Positions 19,517-28,528 of a stretch of DNA of 64,000 nt are shown piece after piece. A model generated the notes under the pieces. The model saw only the letters and a list, made by a program, of their open reading frames with translations. It was not told the DNA's origin and ran no database searches. Made by a program: the position numbers and the translations under genes. Each line of letters opens with the position of its first letter. Within the stretch, counting starts at the first letter, position 1. The stretch is from an uncultured Coriobacteriaceae bacterium (lineage in GTDB: Bacteria > Actinomycetota > Coriobacteriia > Coriobacteriales > Eggerthellaceae), in the NCBI GenBank assembly GCA_949294735.1, contig CASFII010000008.1, positions 2,044 through 66,043 on the forward strand. Reading direction: 5' to 3'.

Positions 19517-20830
19517 ATGCAAAGAATAACGCACCATCCAATACGCGCAAAAATTGATGCTCTTTCGCGCGCACTTATTACCAATGGCTTCACCTTGTGC
19601 GACGACGAAGCTTCGTCTGAGATTCAGGAAGCCGTTTGGAATTTCCCGCTTTTTGACAAACCAGCCGCCACTGCCATCAAACCCATTTTGTTGGAAGAAG
19701 ATGGGCGCTATGCTCTTCGCACCAACCTTCTTTCGGCACAACTTGGCGCTTTGCGTAATGCTGGTACCGCTAACACGTTTGCTGTAGGGCGCATTTTCGA
19801 TGGCTCCGACAGTGAAGTACCCGCCCATTGGGTTGTTGAGGGCATTCTTTCGGTAGAAGCTTTCAACGCAAAAGAATGCGAACTTCTCTGGAATCGCATT
19901 GTTCAGGCTGTTTATGGCATTCACGCCTCCTCAAAACTGAATCTTGTTGATGGCAGCACCTACACTATTGAATGCACCTTAGGAGAAGAGACCTTTGAGT
20001 TTGCCTATATGGGAAAACCCTCTGAGCTAGCTTGCAGCCTTTTGGGTGTAGCGTACGCTACGTCCAACACCTGGGTCTTTTCTGTTGACGTTGATGCGCT
20101 TGCTCAGCGCGAAACAACCGCTACTACACGCGCAGAACTCTACAGTCCCGTTGTTTCATTCGTAAGTTCCTTCGAAGGCGACTCCCCTTCTTCAAGTGCT
20201 TCCTTCGCACGCCGAGCAGCAGACATTCTCCGCTCTTTCGGCTATGCAGAATTCTTCGGGCCTGGCCTTTACGAAGAAGACGCCTACAAAAAGATGAACA
20301 TGATTATGGAAAGCTGGGACCTCAACAACCGCGGTGCCTTGCTTCATGAGGATTTAGGCCGCTTCGTACGCGTACCCACCGTACTGACACCTTCGCTTCA
20401 GGATGCCCTGGAAGCAAACTTCAAAGCAGGCGAAACCGACGTGAAGATTTTCGAAGTGGGTCACCACTACATTCTGCCTGCTATTGGAGCAAAGCCCGTC
20501 CTGAAAACCTCCCTTTCCTTTGGATGCTTCGGCGCTGGCATGGATCGTCCTGGATTCCGCAAAGAAGTAGGCGCGGTTCTGGATGCTCTTGGGGTGAAGA
20601 ACCACTTCTTTATTCCTACCGACATGGCTATTCCATATGACCCTAAAGACTGCTGGATTATGCTTGACGAGCACATGCAATACTTGGGTGGCAACTTCGG
20701 AAGTATCTGCCAAAAGGCGCTTGACGCTCACGAACTTGGTGTTCCTGCCTTTATGGCACAGATTGAACTTCCGTTTATTGAAAAGAAGTCGGCCGAAGAG
20801 TTGGCATTTATCCCAAACGAAAATCTGTAA
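19517..20830 (+). CDS. single-chain PheRS-like paralogue (PheS catalytic-core-like N-half fused to PheT B6/B7-like C-half), class II motifs degenerate
   Basis: By-eye collinearity with PheS: HHPIRAKID, ALRTNLLSAQL, FAVGRIFDGSD..HWVVEG, TWVFSVDVDALA. By-eye collinearity with PheT: ILRSFGYAEF, VKIFEVGHHY, LGGNFGSICQKALDAHELGVPAFMAQIELPFI. Start chosen at the ATG at 19517. Confidence 0.5.
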   Translation: MQRITHHPIRAKIDALSRALITNGFTLCDDEASSEIQEAVWNFPLFDKPAATAIKPILLEEDGRYALRTNLLSAQLGALRNAGTANTFAVGRIFDGSDSEVPAHWVVEGILSVEAFNAKECELLWNRIVQAVYGIHASSKLNLVDGSTYTIECTLGEETFEFAYMGKPSELACSLLGVAYATSNTWVFSVDVDALAQRETTATTRAELYSPVVSFVSSFEGDSPSSSASFARRAADILRSFGYAEFFGPGLYEEDAYKKMNMIMESWDLNNRGALLHEDLGRFVRVPTVLTPSLQDALEANFKAGETDVKIFEVGHHYILPAIGAKPVLKTSLSFGCFGAGMDRPGFRKEVGAVLDALGVKNHFFIPTDMAIPYDPKDCWIMLDEHMQYLGGNFGSICQKALDAHELGVPAFMAQIELPFIEKKSAEELAFIPNENL

Positions 20831-20846
20831 CAGTTCTTGCACAACA

Positions 20847-20877
20847 AAGAGAGCCGCACGTTTGCGGCTCTCTTTTC
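20847..20877 (+). terminator. rho-independent terminator
   Basis: AGAGAGCCGCA-N4-TGCGGCTCTCT followed by TTTT. Confidence 0.75.
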
Positions 20878-20965
20878 TAGTAGTTATTACCAAATGGGCA
20901 TGTCAGTTCAACTTTGACACGAAGGCGACCCCAAAACACACTGCGCTTTAGTTTCGCCTCGTTCT

Positions 20966-21763
20966 TTAGTACCCACGCAATCCGTTGTCGATAACAATGG
21001 ACGCACCATTGGTGTAAGACGATTCATCAGACAGCAAATACAAAACAGCATAGGCGCATTCCAGAGCCGTACCAGGACGCCCACCTGGCATAAGCGCTGC
21101 CATCTTGTCGAAGTCTTCAGCACCAGGACCTTGGAGCACCATTTCAGTTGCTATAACGCCTGGTAAAATATTGTTCACACGGATGTTTTTATCTGCGAAT
21201 TCCACCGCAATGCAGTGCGTCATATGGTTTACGCCAGCTTTGACAAAGCAATACAGCGCACCGCCATCAATCTTGTTATCCAGCGCAGCCAAAGACGAGC
21301 AGTTAACAATAGAACCACCGCCTTGCTTTTCCATGATAGGAATAACTAGCTGCATCATACGTAGGTAAGAATACGCATCCAAATTCAAGAACGCATCCCA
21401 GTCTTCGCGCGTTAGTTCAAGCGTGGGTTTCACAATTAACGTACCAGCATTGTTGAACAAGCCATCAATACGTCCCCACTTTTCCATAGTGGCTTCCACC
21501 ACGTGTTTTACGTCTTCCTCAACTGTCATATCGGCACGCACGTACAAAGCTTCGCCGCCGTCTTTTTCAATTTCAGCAACAACCGCTTCGCCTTTTTCCT
21601 GACGGCGCCCAACCACCGTAACCTTGGCACCTTCATGTGCGCACAAAATAGCTGTAGCCTTACCAATGCCAGAGGTAGAACCAGTAACTATTACTACTTT
21701 TCCCTCCAAACGATGGGTTGAGGGTTTCAAGTCTTCCAGCTTTACTTCGGGTTCTTCACGCAT
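20966..21763 (-). CDS. SDR-family oxidoreductase (classical, glucose/3-oxoacyl-reductase-like)
   Basis: TGSTSGIGKA cofactor motif, NNAG, and a Y..xK catalytic region. 265 aa. Confidence 0.85.
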   Translation of the reverse strand: MREEPEVKLEDLKPSTHRLEGKVVIVTGSTSGIGKATAILCAHEGAKVTVVGRRQEKGEAVVAEIEKDGGEALYVRADMTVEEDVKHVVEATMEKWGRIDGLFNNAGTLIVKPTLELTREDWDAFLNLDAYSYLRMMQLVIPIMEKQGGGSIVNCSSLAALDNKIDGGALYCFVKAGVNHMTHCIAVEFADKNIRVNNILPGVIATEMVLQGPGAEDFDKMAALMPGGRPGTALECAYAVLYLLSDESSYTNGASIVIDNGLRGY

Positions 21764-21848
21764 GGTTTCCTCCTAGCTCTTCCTGTTTGCCGTGCGAACA
21801 AAGCAATCGTAGCACGCCTATATGGAGAAACCGCAGAGTTCCCTAGTT

Positions 21849-23258
21849 TCAACCAACGCCGTCTTTAATATCGGCAATTTCGCCTAAGTCGGGCAACCAA
21901 AAATCCCCTGGGTCAACAAGGTGGCCGACGCCCGCTTCCTGTTCAGCATAACTAGAAGGAACCGTCCCCTCTAACTGGCCGCGCACGCTTTGGGCGCGCA
22001 AGTCGCAAAACTGAACCAGCGCATCTACCCCAGCGTGGAAATCTTCATATGAGCAATACGCCGTTGGATCCTTTTCCACATAAGGGTCAATCAGGCGTTC
22101 CATCTTTCTTATAACCACTTCGTAGCGTCCGCTTTCGAAATAGCTTGCAATGAATTCGTCATACAGTTCGTAGTAGCGACTAAACGAATCTTCATACTTC
22201 ATCAAATTATGATAAAGCGGCCGATTAAGCATCACTTCACCTTCAGCAGGTGTGTCAATGGGCTGGTTTACGTACTTCAAAGGATTGTTTTCTGCATCCG
22301 GCATACCTAGGGTGTAGGTGGCAAACGCCAGGTTGTAATCCCAAGGCAACATAGTGATACGCCCGTCTTCTTCGTACAAAAGGTAGTTATGCCCCGTAGG
22401 CCCTAAATAACTGTCCAGATTAACCGTGAATGATTGCACCACAAAATAGCGCAGCGTTTCATCAATCATCACCGCAGATTCTAAGTTTTCACCCGTTGAC
22501 AGCACACGAAGCGCCTCAATTAAACGACGTTTATCCGCATCGTCTATATCCACCAGCGCTTTGCGGAAAATATTGTCGTAGTAGGCGAAATCATCGCCAA
22601 CATACTGCAACGCCACGTCGGTGTTTGGGTCTTCCAAGGAACGATAGTCGGGCTTATAGAGCGCCCCATAATTCGGGCCGAAATGACGTTTTGCAAAAGC
22701 CTCTTCGGGCTCTTCGGTGGCCATATATAAGCCCCAGGGCTCCCCGTTGACCGTAATCCACGTATAGCTGCAGGCCGGAGCTGGCACGCCCATATAATCC
22801 ATCATGTCGTAGATAAGGTAGCTTTTCAGATAGCTGTTGTCTTGGAAAGAAGCGTCCAGAGAAAGCTTATCCAAACCATGATACGTAGCGCCTTTTTTGA
22901 AGTGGTCAAACTCAACCTTGAAGCTGTAGCGTTCAAGACCGTATTTGCTTACTAAGCTTCGCGAATTGTTGCCTTTAACGCGAATGCCTGCGCCTTCGAA
23001 TGTTTCACCATCAATAATCAGCGTACAAGGCTCGTAATGGTCTTCCGACGCCTCAGCAATCATGGTGTCCCAGCTGTCCATCTGGATGTCCACCGTATGA
23101 ACGCGGCTGTCATCAAACAAGCGCGTCATATAAGCGGGCTGAGAACTGGCGGGTTGAATACCCAAACGCTCACCGAACAGGGCAAACCCCACCACAAGCA
23201 CCACCGCAAACACAATTGCGGCTGCACACATGATATCTGCACGCTTGCTGTTAAGCAC
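21849..23258 (-). CDS. CotH-family kinase-like protein, N-terminal membrane anchor
   Basis: 469 aa. CotH-like blocks (SYLKSYLIYDMMDYMGVPAPA, ITVNGEPWGLYMATEEPEEAF, YKPD). GTG start with an AGGAT RBS. Confidence 0.75.
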   Translation of the reverse strand: MLNSKRADIMCAAAIVFAVVLVVGFALFGERLGIQPASSQPAYMTRLFDDSRVHTVDIQMDSWDTMIAEASEDHYEPCTLIIDGETFEGAGIRVKGNNSRSLVSKYGLERYSFKVEFDHFKKGATYHGLDKLSLDASFQDNSYLKSYLIYDMMDYMGVPAPACSYTWITVNGEPWGLYMATEEPEEAFAKRHFGPNYGALYKPDYRSLEDPNTDVALQYVGDDFAYYDNIFRKALVDIDDADKRRLIEALRVLSTGENLESAVMIDETLRYFVVQSFTVNLDSYLGPTGHNYLLYEEDGRITMLPWDYNLAFATYTLGMPDAENNPLKYVNQPIDTPAEGEVMLNRPLYHNLMKYEDSFSRYYELYDEFIASYFESGRYEVVIRKMERLIDPYVEKDPTAYCSYEDFHAGVDALVQFCDLRAQSVRGQLEGTVPSSYAEQEAGVGHLVDPGDFWLPDLGEIADIKDGVG

Positions 23259-23362
23259 TGAATCCTACCTACGTTGCGTATCGCAAACCTTACCCTGATT
23301 TAGACGGCTTCCGCCGCGAAGCCGTTAACACACTGAGCTGAAGAGGTATTAAACCGCTAACC

Positions 23363-24034
23363 CTACCCCAGATAATCCCCGTTATAAGAAACCAAAGCAA
23401 CATGACCCACACCAGGAATGGCCGATAGCTCTTTCAGGAAGTCGGTGTGGTCGTCTTTCAGGCGCACTTCATAGTTGAGCTCAATAGATTCAGGAAGCAT
23501 GGTTTTGCTTTTAAGTTTCATGGAGCGAGACTGCTTACCTACCAGTTCACGCGCAGACTTTTCGGCATCTTCGCCTTCGCAATGCAAAACCAGAATGTAG
23601 GGATTCACAGGATTGCGGCGCGTGGAAATAATCAACAGCACCAAACCAATGAAGATGCTGGCGAACACGGCCAACAGCAAAAGCCCTGCTGCCAGCACAA
23701 TACCCACCGCGATAGCCCAGAACAGAAAGACAATGTCCATGGGTTCTTTAACGGGCGTACGGAAACGCACAATGGAAAGCGCACCAACCATGCCCAGCGA
23801 CAAAACCACGTTGGTCTGAATAGCCAGAATTACCAGCGTGGTAATAAGCGCCAATGCAATAAGGCTGGCGCCGAAACTTGCTGAATACATCACCCCGCTG
23901 TACGTGTGCTTGTAGATGGCAAAAATGAATAATCCCAAGGCGAAAGCCAACACCAACGCTAATGCCGCATCAAGCAACGACGTTGTTCCCATGTTCTCCA
24001 AAAACTTAGAGGTGAAAATATCTTGGAAGGTCAT
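23363..24034 (-). CDS. DUF4956-type integral membrane protein
   Basis: 223 aa and multi-TM. Block LSIVRFRTPVKEPMDIVFLFWAIAVG is typical of DUF4956. Its RBS overlaps the stop codon of the upstream VTC gene. Confidence 0.6.
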   Translation of the reverse strand: MTFQDIFTSKFLENMGTTSLLDAALALVLAFALGLFIFAIYKHTYSGVMYSASFGASLIALALITTLVILAIQTNVVLSLGMVGALSIVRFRTPVKEPMDIVFLFWAIAVGIVLAAGLLLLAVFASIFIGLVLLIISTRRNPVNPYILVLHCEGEDAEKSARELVGKQSRSMKLKSKTMLPESIELNYEVRLKDDHTDFLKELSAIPGVGHVALVSYNGDYLG

Positions 24035-24043
24035 TTGATCTCC

Positions 24044-24778
24044 TTAGTCGAACCGACGACACAATGCGTATTTTGAATAGGCGCTGGCAAAACGTCCCAA
24101 TGGCTGAACCGCCAAGCGCACTACGTCGGGCAGATAGCTATCGAACTTAACTTCAATAACGGATAACCCTTCAGCCACGGGCACCCTGCCTGAGGTGGTT
24201 GTTAAAAAATCTATGCTTGAAAGGCTTGTCCGAAGACCGCGGTCTATGGTCACCCTTGTGTTACCCTGCTCGCAAGAAAAAGCTTCCCGCTCATAGCGAA
24301 CGACCACGCAGGGGCGCAACAGTTCTCCGCGCATTTTCGAATACATTTCCAAACAGAGCGCATTGTCTGTGTACAAAAGAAAATCAAACGACCCTTTGGC
24401 AAGCAGTTGCGCCTGTTCAAGAGTTAGTTTTGCACTTTGTTTTGCGCACATCCCATTAATTTTGATTTTGCGTTCAAGACGAATAAAGGAAGTATCGCTG
24501 CCGTAGTAACGCAGGCGAAATTTTTCCCGCCTGTCAATTCCTTCAAGCTTTTGCCGAAGTGCTTTGTCGTAGGGCGTTTCGAAATACAGGCTTGTAACCC
24601 GATAACGACCCTGTTCCCCCGCATGCGCATCGCGAGGGAACAGGAGAGATAGACGATTTGCTATGAGATTTGCTTCAGCTTCGTTCGCTACAAATTTGAG
24701 TTCATGGCGAAAGCGAAGGGGTTGTTTGCTAGTCGTCGTAGTTTGAATTTCCGTTGTTGGTATTGCCACCATCGTCAT
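24044..24778 (-). CDS. VTC-domain (polyphosphate-polymerase-like, triphosphate tunnel) protein
   Basis: The RFRHELKF..YRVTSLYFETPY..REKFRLRYYG pattern is typical of bacterial VTC-domain proteins. Start is uncertain (ATG 24778, ATG 24772 or GTG 24769). It overlaps the 3' end of the upstream lipoprotein gene. Confidence 0.65.
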   Translation of the reverse strand: MTMVAIPTTEIQTTTTSKQPLRFRHELKFVANEAEANLIANRLSLLFPRDAHAGEQGRYRVTSLYFETPYDKALRQKLEGIDRREKFRLRYYGSDTSFIRLERKIKINGMCAKQSAKLTLEQAQLLAKGSFDFLLYTDNALCLEMYSKMRGELLRPCVVVRYEREAFSCEQGNTRVTIDRGLRTSLSSIDFLTTTSGRVPVAEGLSVIEVKFDSYLPDVVRLAVQPLGRFASAYSKYALCRRFD

Positions 24779-25658
24779 AGTTCGTGTTGTTATTGTTGCT
24801 GTTGCCGCCATAGTTGGTGTTACTGTTATTGGTGTTACCACTGTTGGTGTTGCCGTAGTTGCTATTGTTGTTATTGGTGGTACCACCGTCGTCATAATTG
24901 GTGTTGTTGCTAGACGGTTTTGACGGCTTTGTTGTAGACGGCTTTGATGATGGCTTGGAACCATAATTGGAATTGCTGTAGTTGGTATTGTTGTTATTAG
25001 TGGTGCCGCCATCATCGTAGTTGGTGTTGTTGGCGTTTGCCGCAGCGCCTGCTGCGCCTGCACCAGCCGCGGCTGCAGCAGCAGCTTTAGCGTCGTCATA
25101 ATCGGTAATACCGTCGTTGTCCGGGCCGTAGTCGGAATCACCGTAGTCGGTCCATCCATAGGCGCTTTCGCCTTCAACTGCAATAGCGGCTACCGTACCC
25201 TGACCTCTCAGATAGGTTTCGGTGTCGTAAACAATACCGCTTAAGAAGTTTTCAGAAGGAACGCGGGAACCGTCTTCTACTTCAATGACAATCTTGTTTC
25301 CTTCGCCCTCAACTTCTTCAACAATAAATCCTGCATCTTTAATTTTTGCAACAAGCAGGCTAACCACGGCGCGAGCATCTTTGCCAACATATTCGGCATC
25401 GTCAGTCAACAGTGCCTTAGCTTCAGCATTACGCGCTTCAACAGCGCTTACCTTGCCAGCCTTGTCGTAGAAAATTGCGAATTCGGGATTAACCTTTAAA
25501 ACAAGTACGCCGCCTTCTTCGGGAATGGCGAGTGCTTCTTGTTCAGCTTGAGGGTTTGTCACCTGCGCGGTTTGCGCGCCGCATCCAGCAAGACCAAGTA
25601 GGCCAAAAGCAAAAGCGGATAGTGCGGCAAGGGTGACGATGAAAGTTGATTTTTTCAT
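24729..25658 (-). CDS. lipoprotein with Asn-rich repetitive C-terminal tail
   Basis: Signal peptide plus lipobox LLGLAGCG, a globular ~150-aa domain, then repeated NTNYDDGG(T)TNNNN units. Confidence 0.65.
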   Translation of the reverse strand: MKKSTFIVTLAALSAFAFGLLGLAGCGAQTAQVTNPQAEQEALAIPEEGGVLVLKVNPEFAIFYDKAGKVSAVEARNAEAKALLTDDAEYVGKDARAVVSLLVAKIKDAGFIVEEVEGEGNKIVIEVEDGSRVPSENFLSGIVYDTETYLRGQGTVAAIAVEGESAYGWTDYGDSDYGPDNDGITDYDDAKAAAAAAAGAGAAGAAANANNTNYDDGGTTNNNNTNYSNSNYGSKPSSKPSTTKPSKPSSNNTNYDDGGTTNNNNSNYGNTNSGNTNNSNTNYGGNSNNNNTNYDDGGNTNNGNSNYDD

Positions 25659-26031
25659 TTCGTGCGCTCCTGTCTCTTCCGTTTTTTACGGCAGATTTTC
25701 AAGCACACTCGTCGATCCGCTGAGGGGAGATAATGGTGTGCTCTCAGTCTGCGGTTGGCGATGCAAAAAGGGTATCACATCGCTATCATTTATTCGGTTT
25801 GCAGAGCGTCAAGATTGCGTCAAGAGAACATCAGATTTTTGTAAAGTCCCAGGTCAAGAAAAAAGGAGGTGGGGGGTACCTCGACCTCATTTTACGGGAG
25901 ATCCAATAAGGAAAAATATGCAAAAATGGCGTACGGTTATTGCAGCCTTAGGCGTTGGCGTTGGCACTAGTGCTTGTGGCACTGGTGTTGGCGCTTGCGC
26001 TGCTGGCGCTGCGCCAACTTCGATATTGCCT

Positions 26032-26691
26032 TTAGCGCCACTCCATTTTGCGAACCACAACTACAGGGCTTTTCACCAAAGGCTCAAAGGCTTCCACGTC
26101 TTCTTTTGTACCCACTGCAGTTCCGTAGTGAGTGGGAACTACATAGGTAGGTTTGATGGTGTTAATAAAAGCAGCGGCCTGAGCCGGATCCATAGTGTAG
26201 GTGCCGCCGATGGGAATAATTGCCACATCACAGCGTACCTTTTCATTTTCGGGATTTTGGTCGGTATCGCCCGCAATGTAGTAGGTAGCGCCATCCATCG
26301 TGACCACGTAGCCCAGCCACGCGTTTTTCTGGGGATGGAATTTCTGGCGTTCGGGCATAACGTTGTAGGCGGGAACCGCTTTCACCTGGACGCCGCAAAC
26401 TTCAGCCGATTCGCCAGCTTTCAGAAGCACTGTTTGCGCAGCACCCAGCTGCGTGACCTCTTTTCCAGCTGAAGCGGGAGCTATCACTACCGTCTCAGGT
26501 TTGGCAACGCGTGCATAATCTTCGGGCGAAAGATGGTCGTAATGAGTGTGCGTGATAAATACTGCGTCCGCATCGTGAGGGGCATCAACCAAATCAAACG
26601 GATCGAAATACAACACCGTGCCGTTTTCCGCCTGCAAGCGAATGGCGCTGTGGGTAAGTACGCGAACATTGCTTAAACTTTCGTTCAACAT
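26032..26691 (-). CDS. MBL-fold metallo-hydrolase
   Basis: ITHTHYDHL (HxHxDH) motif. Start at the ATG at 26691, preceded by AAAGGAGG. Confidence 0.8.
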   Translation of the reverse strand: MLNESLSNVRVLTHSAIRLQAENGTVLYFDPFDLVDAPHDADAVFITHTHYDHLSPEDYARVAKPETVVIAPASAGKEVTQLGAAQTVLLKAGESAEVCGVQVKAVPAYNVMPERQKFHPQKNAWLGYVVTMDGATYYIAGDTDQNPENEKVRCDVAIIPIGGTYTMDPAQAAAFINTIKPTYVVPTHYGTAVGTKEDVEAFEPLVKSPVVVVRKMEWR

Positions 26692-26916
26692 GATGCCTCC
26701 TTTTCGCAATACATACTAATGAGTTAATCTACCAGCATGCTAAATCTTCTCATCACGAAATCACTATTCGCGAAGCAAAGCGAAGCAGAACCTCAAACTC
26801 TCTGAGTCTAGCCAACACAATTAGTTTAGCTCATTTCGCAAGGTGGCCCTGCCCTGCCACTATCGCATTCTCAGCTCATATAAATATAATTAGTTTAATC
26901 AAGGAAAGGTTCCTTT

Positions 26917-28380
26917 ATGAAGAACTCCGCCATTAATTACGAAGCCATAGATTTGTCATCGCCGCAGGAAATAGAAACCTACGCGCACACTTTGCCTGGC
27001 ATGACGTTTCAGGAGGTTCTTGATTTGGGCATTGTTCCAGAAGGAGTCTCTCGCTCTTACGACAACAAAAAATACAAAGGTAGAATGGGGACTCTAATCG
27101 AGGAACGCTTCTTTGGTTATAAAGCAAACAGTAACCAAGAGGCCGACTTTAATAAAGCGGGCGTAGAACTAAAAGTAACTTGTTATGACGTCAAAAAGAA
27201 TGGAGAAATTTCTGCCGGCGAGCGTCTGGTACTGACCATGATTCCCTTCAATAGGCCTATTGAAGACAGTTTTTACGATTCTCACGCGTGGGAAAAATCT
27301 CAAAAAATTCTGCTCATCTATTACGAACGTAATAAGAATATTGCCACTTATGACCAGCAAATTAAATATGCCTGTCTTTTTACTCCTCCAACCGAAGATT
27401 TAAAAATAATCGAAGATGACTACAAAACTATTACCTCTTATATCAAAGCAGGTAAAGCTGAAGAGCTTTCTGAAAGTCTAACCTCTTATCTTGGCGCCTG
27501 TACAAAAGGAGCCAGCGAAGCAACCATGTGGGTAGAGCAGTATTATCCACCCCACACCAAGGCAAAGAAGCGTGCATTCTGTTTCAAACGCCAATATATG
27601 GACTATGTATTGCATCACTACGTGATGGGTCAAGCGACTAAAGCAGAGCGCATAGTAAACAGTGTCGAAGATTTGGAGACAGTAACTTTCGAAGATTTCG
27701 TCCTCACGAAGATTAACCAGTATGTAGGCAAAACGGATAAGGAACTCTGCCAACTCTTAGGTCTAAAATATACGGGCAATAAAGCTCAGTGGTCTCAAAT
27801 TACCTATTCGATTCTTGGCATCAAGGGTGACAAAGCAGAGGAATTTGAAAAGGCCAACGTCTCCGTGCGAACAGTGCGCATTGAAGAAAACGGCAAGATC
27901 AGAGAATCGCTTTCCCTTAACACCATCAAATTCGAAGATTTAATTAAAGAAGACTGGGAAAACGCCTGGCTGCATAACTATTTTGAAGAAACGCGTTTTC
28001 TGTTTGTGTCGTTCCAAAAAACAAAGGATGGCTACGTTCTAAGAGGGGCTAAATTCTGGGCAATGCCACAATCAGACATAGAAGGTTCTTTGAAATCCTG
28101 CTGGAGCGAAACAATAAACACAATCAAAAACGGTGTTGAGTTTGATGTTGTACAGCAGGGAAAAAAGACTATCGTTTACAACAATCTGCCAGGCCAATCG
28201 GATAATCCCGTTGCCCACGTTCGACCTCATACATCAATGCGCTATTACGAATTAAAGGATGGAAAGATTATTGGCGAAAATCCTTCTTATGGAGATGTTT
28301 TGCCCAATGGCGAAGTGATGACAAAACAGAGTTTCTGGTTAAACAATAATTATATCTATTCAATTGTGAGTACCGAATAG
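26917..28380 (+). CDS. Sau3AI-family type II restriction endonuclease (MutH-like, GATC-type)
   Basis: 487 aa. Blocks recalled from R.Sau3AI: AGVELK..ERLVLTMI, GKAEELSESLTSYLGACTKGA, ETRFLFVSF, HVRPHT, MTKQSFWLNNNYI. Confidence 0.8.
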   Translation: MKNSAINYEAIDLSSPQEIETYAHTLPGMTFQEVLDLGIVPEGVSRSYDNKKYKGRMGTLIEERFFGYKANSNQEADFNKAGVELKVTCYDVKKNGEISAGERLVLTMIPFNRPIEDSFYDSHAWEKSQKILLIYYERNKNIATYDQQIKYACLFTPPTEDLKIIEDDYKTITSYIKAGKAEELSESLTSYLGACTKGASEATMWVEQYYPPHTKAKKRAFCFKRQYMDYVLHHYVMGQATKAERIVNSVEDLETVTFEDFVLTKINQYVGKTDKELCQLLGLKYTGNKAQWSQITYSILGIKGDKAEEFEKANVSVRTVRIEENGKIRESLSLNTIKFEDLIKEDWENAWLHNYFEETRFLFVSFQKTKDGYVLRGAKFWAMPQSDIEGSLKSCWSETINTIKNGVEFDVVQQGKKTIVYNNLPGQSDNPVAHVRPHTSMRYYELKDGKIIGENPSYGDVLPNGEVMTKQSFWLNNNYIYSIVSTE

Positions 28381-28528
28381 TAAGGGTGCTTGCAGCATCT
28401 AGCCCCATGACACATATACCGCGCAGCATCTGACCCAAAACAGGGACAAGAAAACTTGATCAAAGTTTTAAGATTAAGTAAAATGATGCGAGCTAAATAA
28501 ACGAGCACACAGAAGCGATTGGAGAAAC

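Noticed and set aside
24779-25183. Long Thr/Ile/Pro-rich N-terminal extension of the VTC ORF (ORF track 24044..25183).
   Set aside because: It is the alternative reading frame of the Asn-rich repeat DNA of the lipoprotein gene. It has no RBS and no domain content. The VTC domain begins only at about RFRHELKF.
25633-26472. 279-aa plus-strand ORF containing a RiPP-like stretch, MQKWRTVIAALGVGVGTSACGTGVGACAAGAAP (ATG 25918 with an AAGGA RBS), encoded by GGCGTTGGC/GGCACTGGT-type tandem repeats at about 25945-26020.
   Set aside because: There is no stop after the Gly/Cys/Thr-rich part. The frame runs for more than 180 codons antisense through the well-supported MBL hydrolase gene, with no adjacent modification enzymes. 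It is more likely low-complexity repeat DNA in the MBL 3' UTR, upstream of its weak terminator (about 25861-25885).
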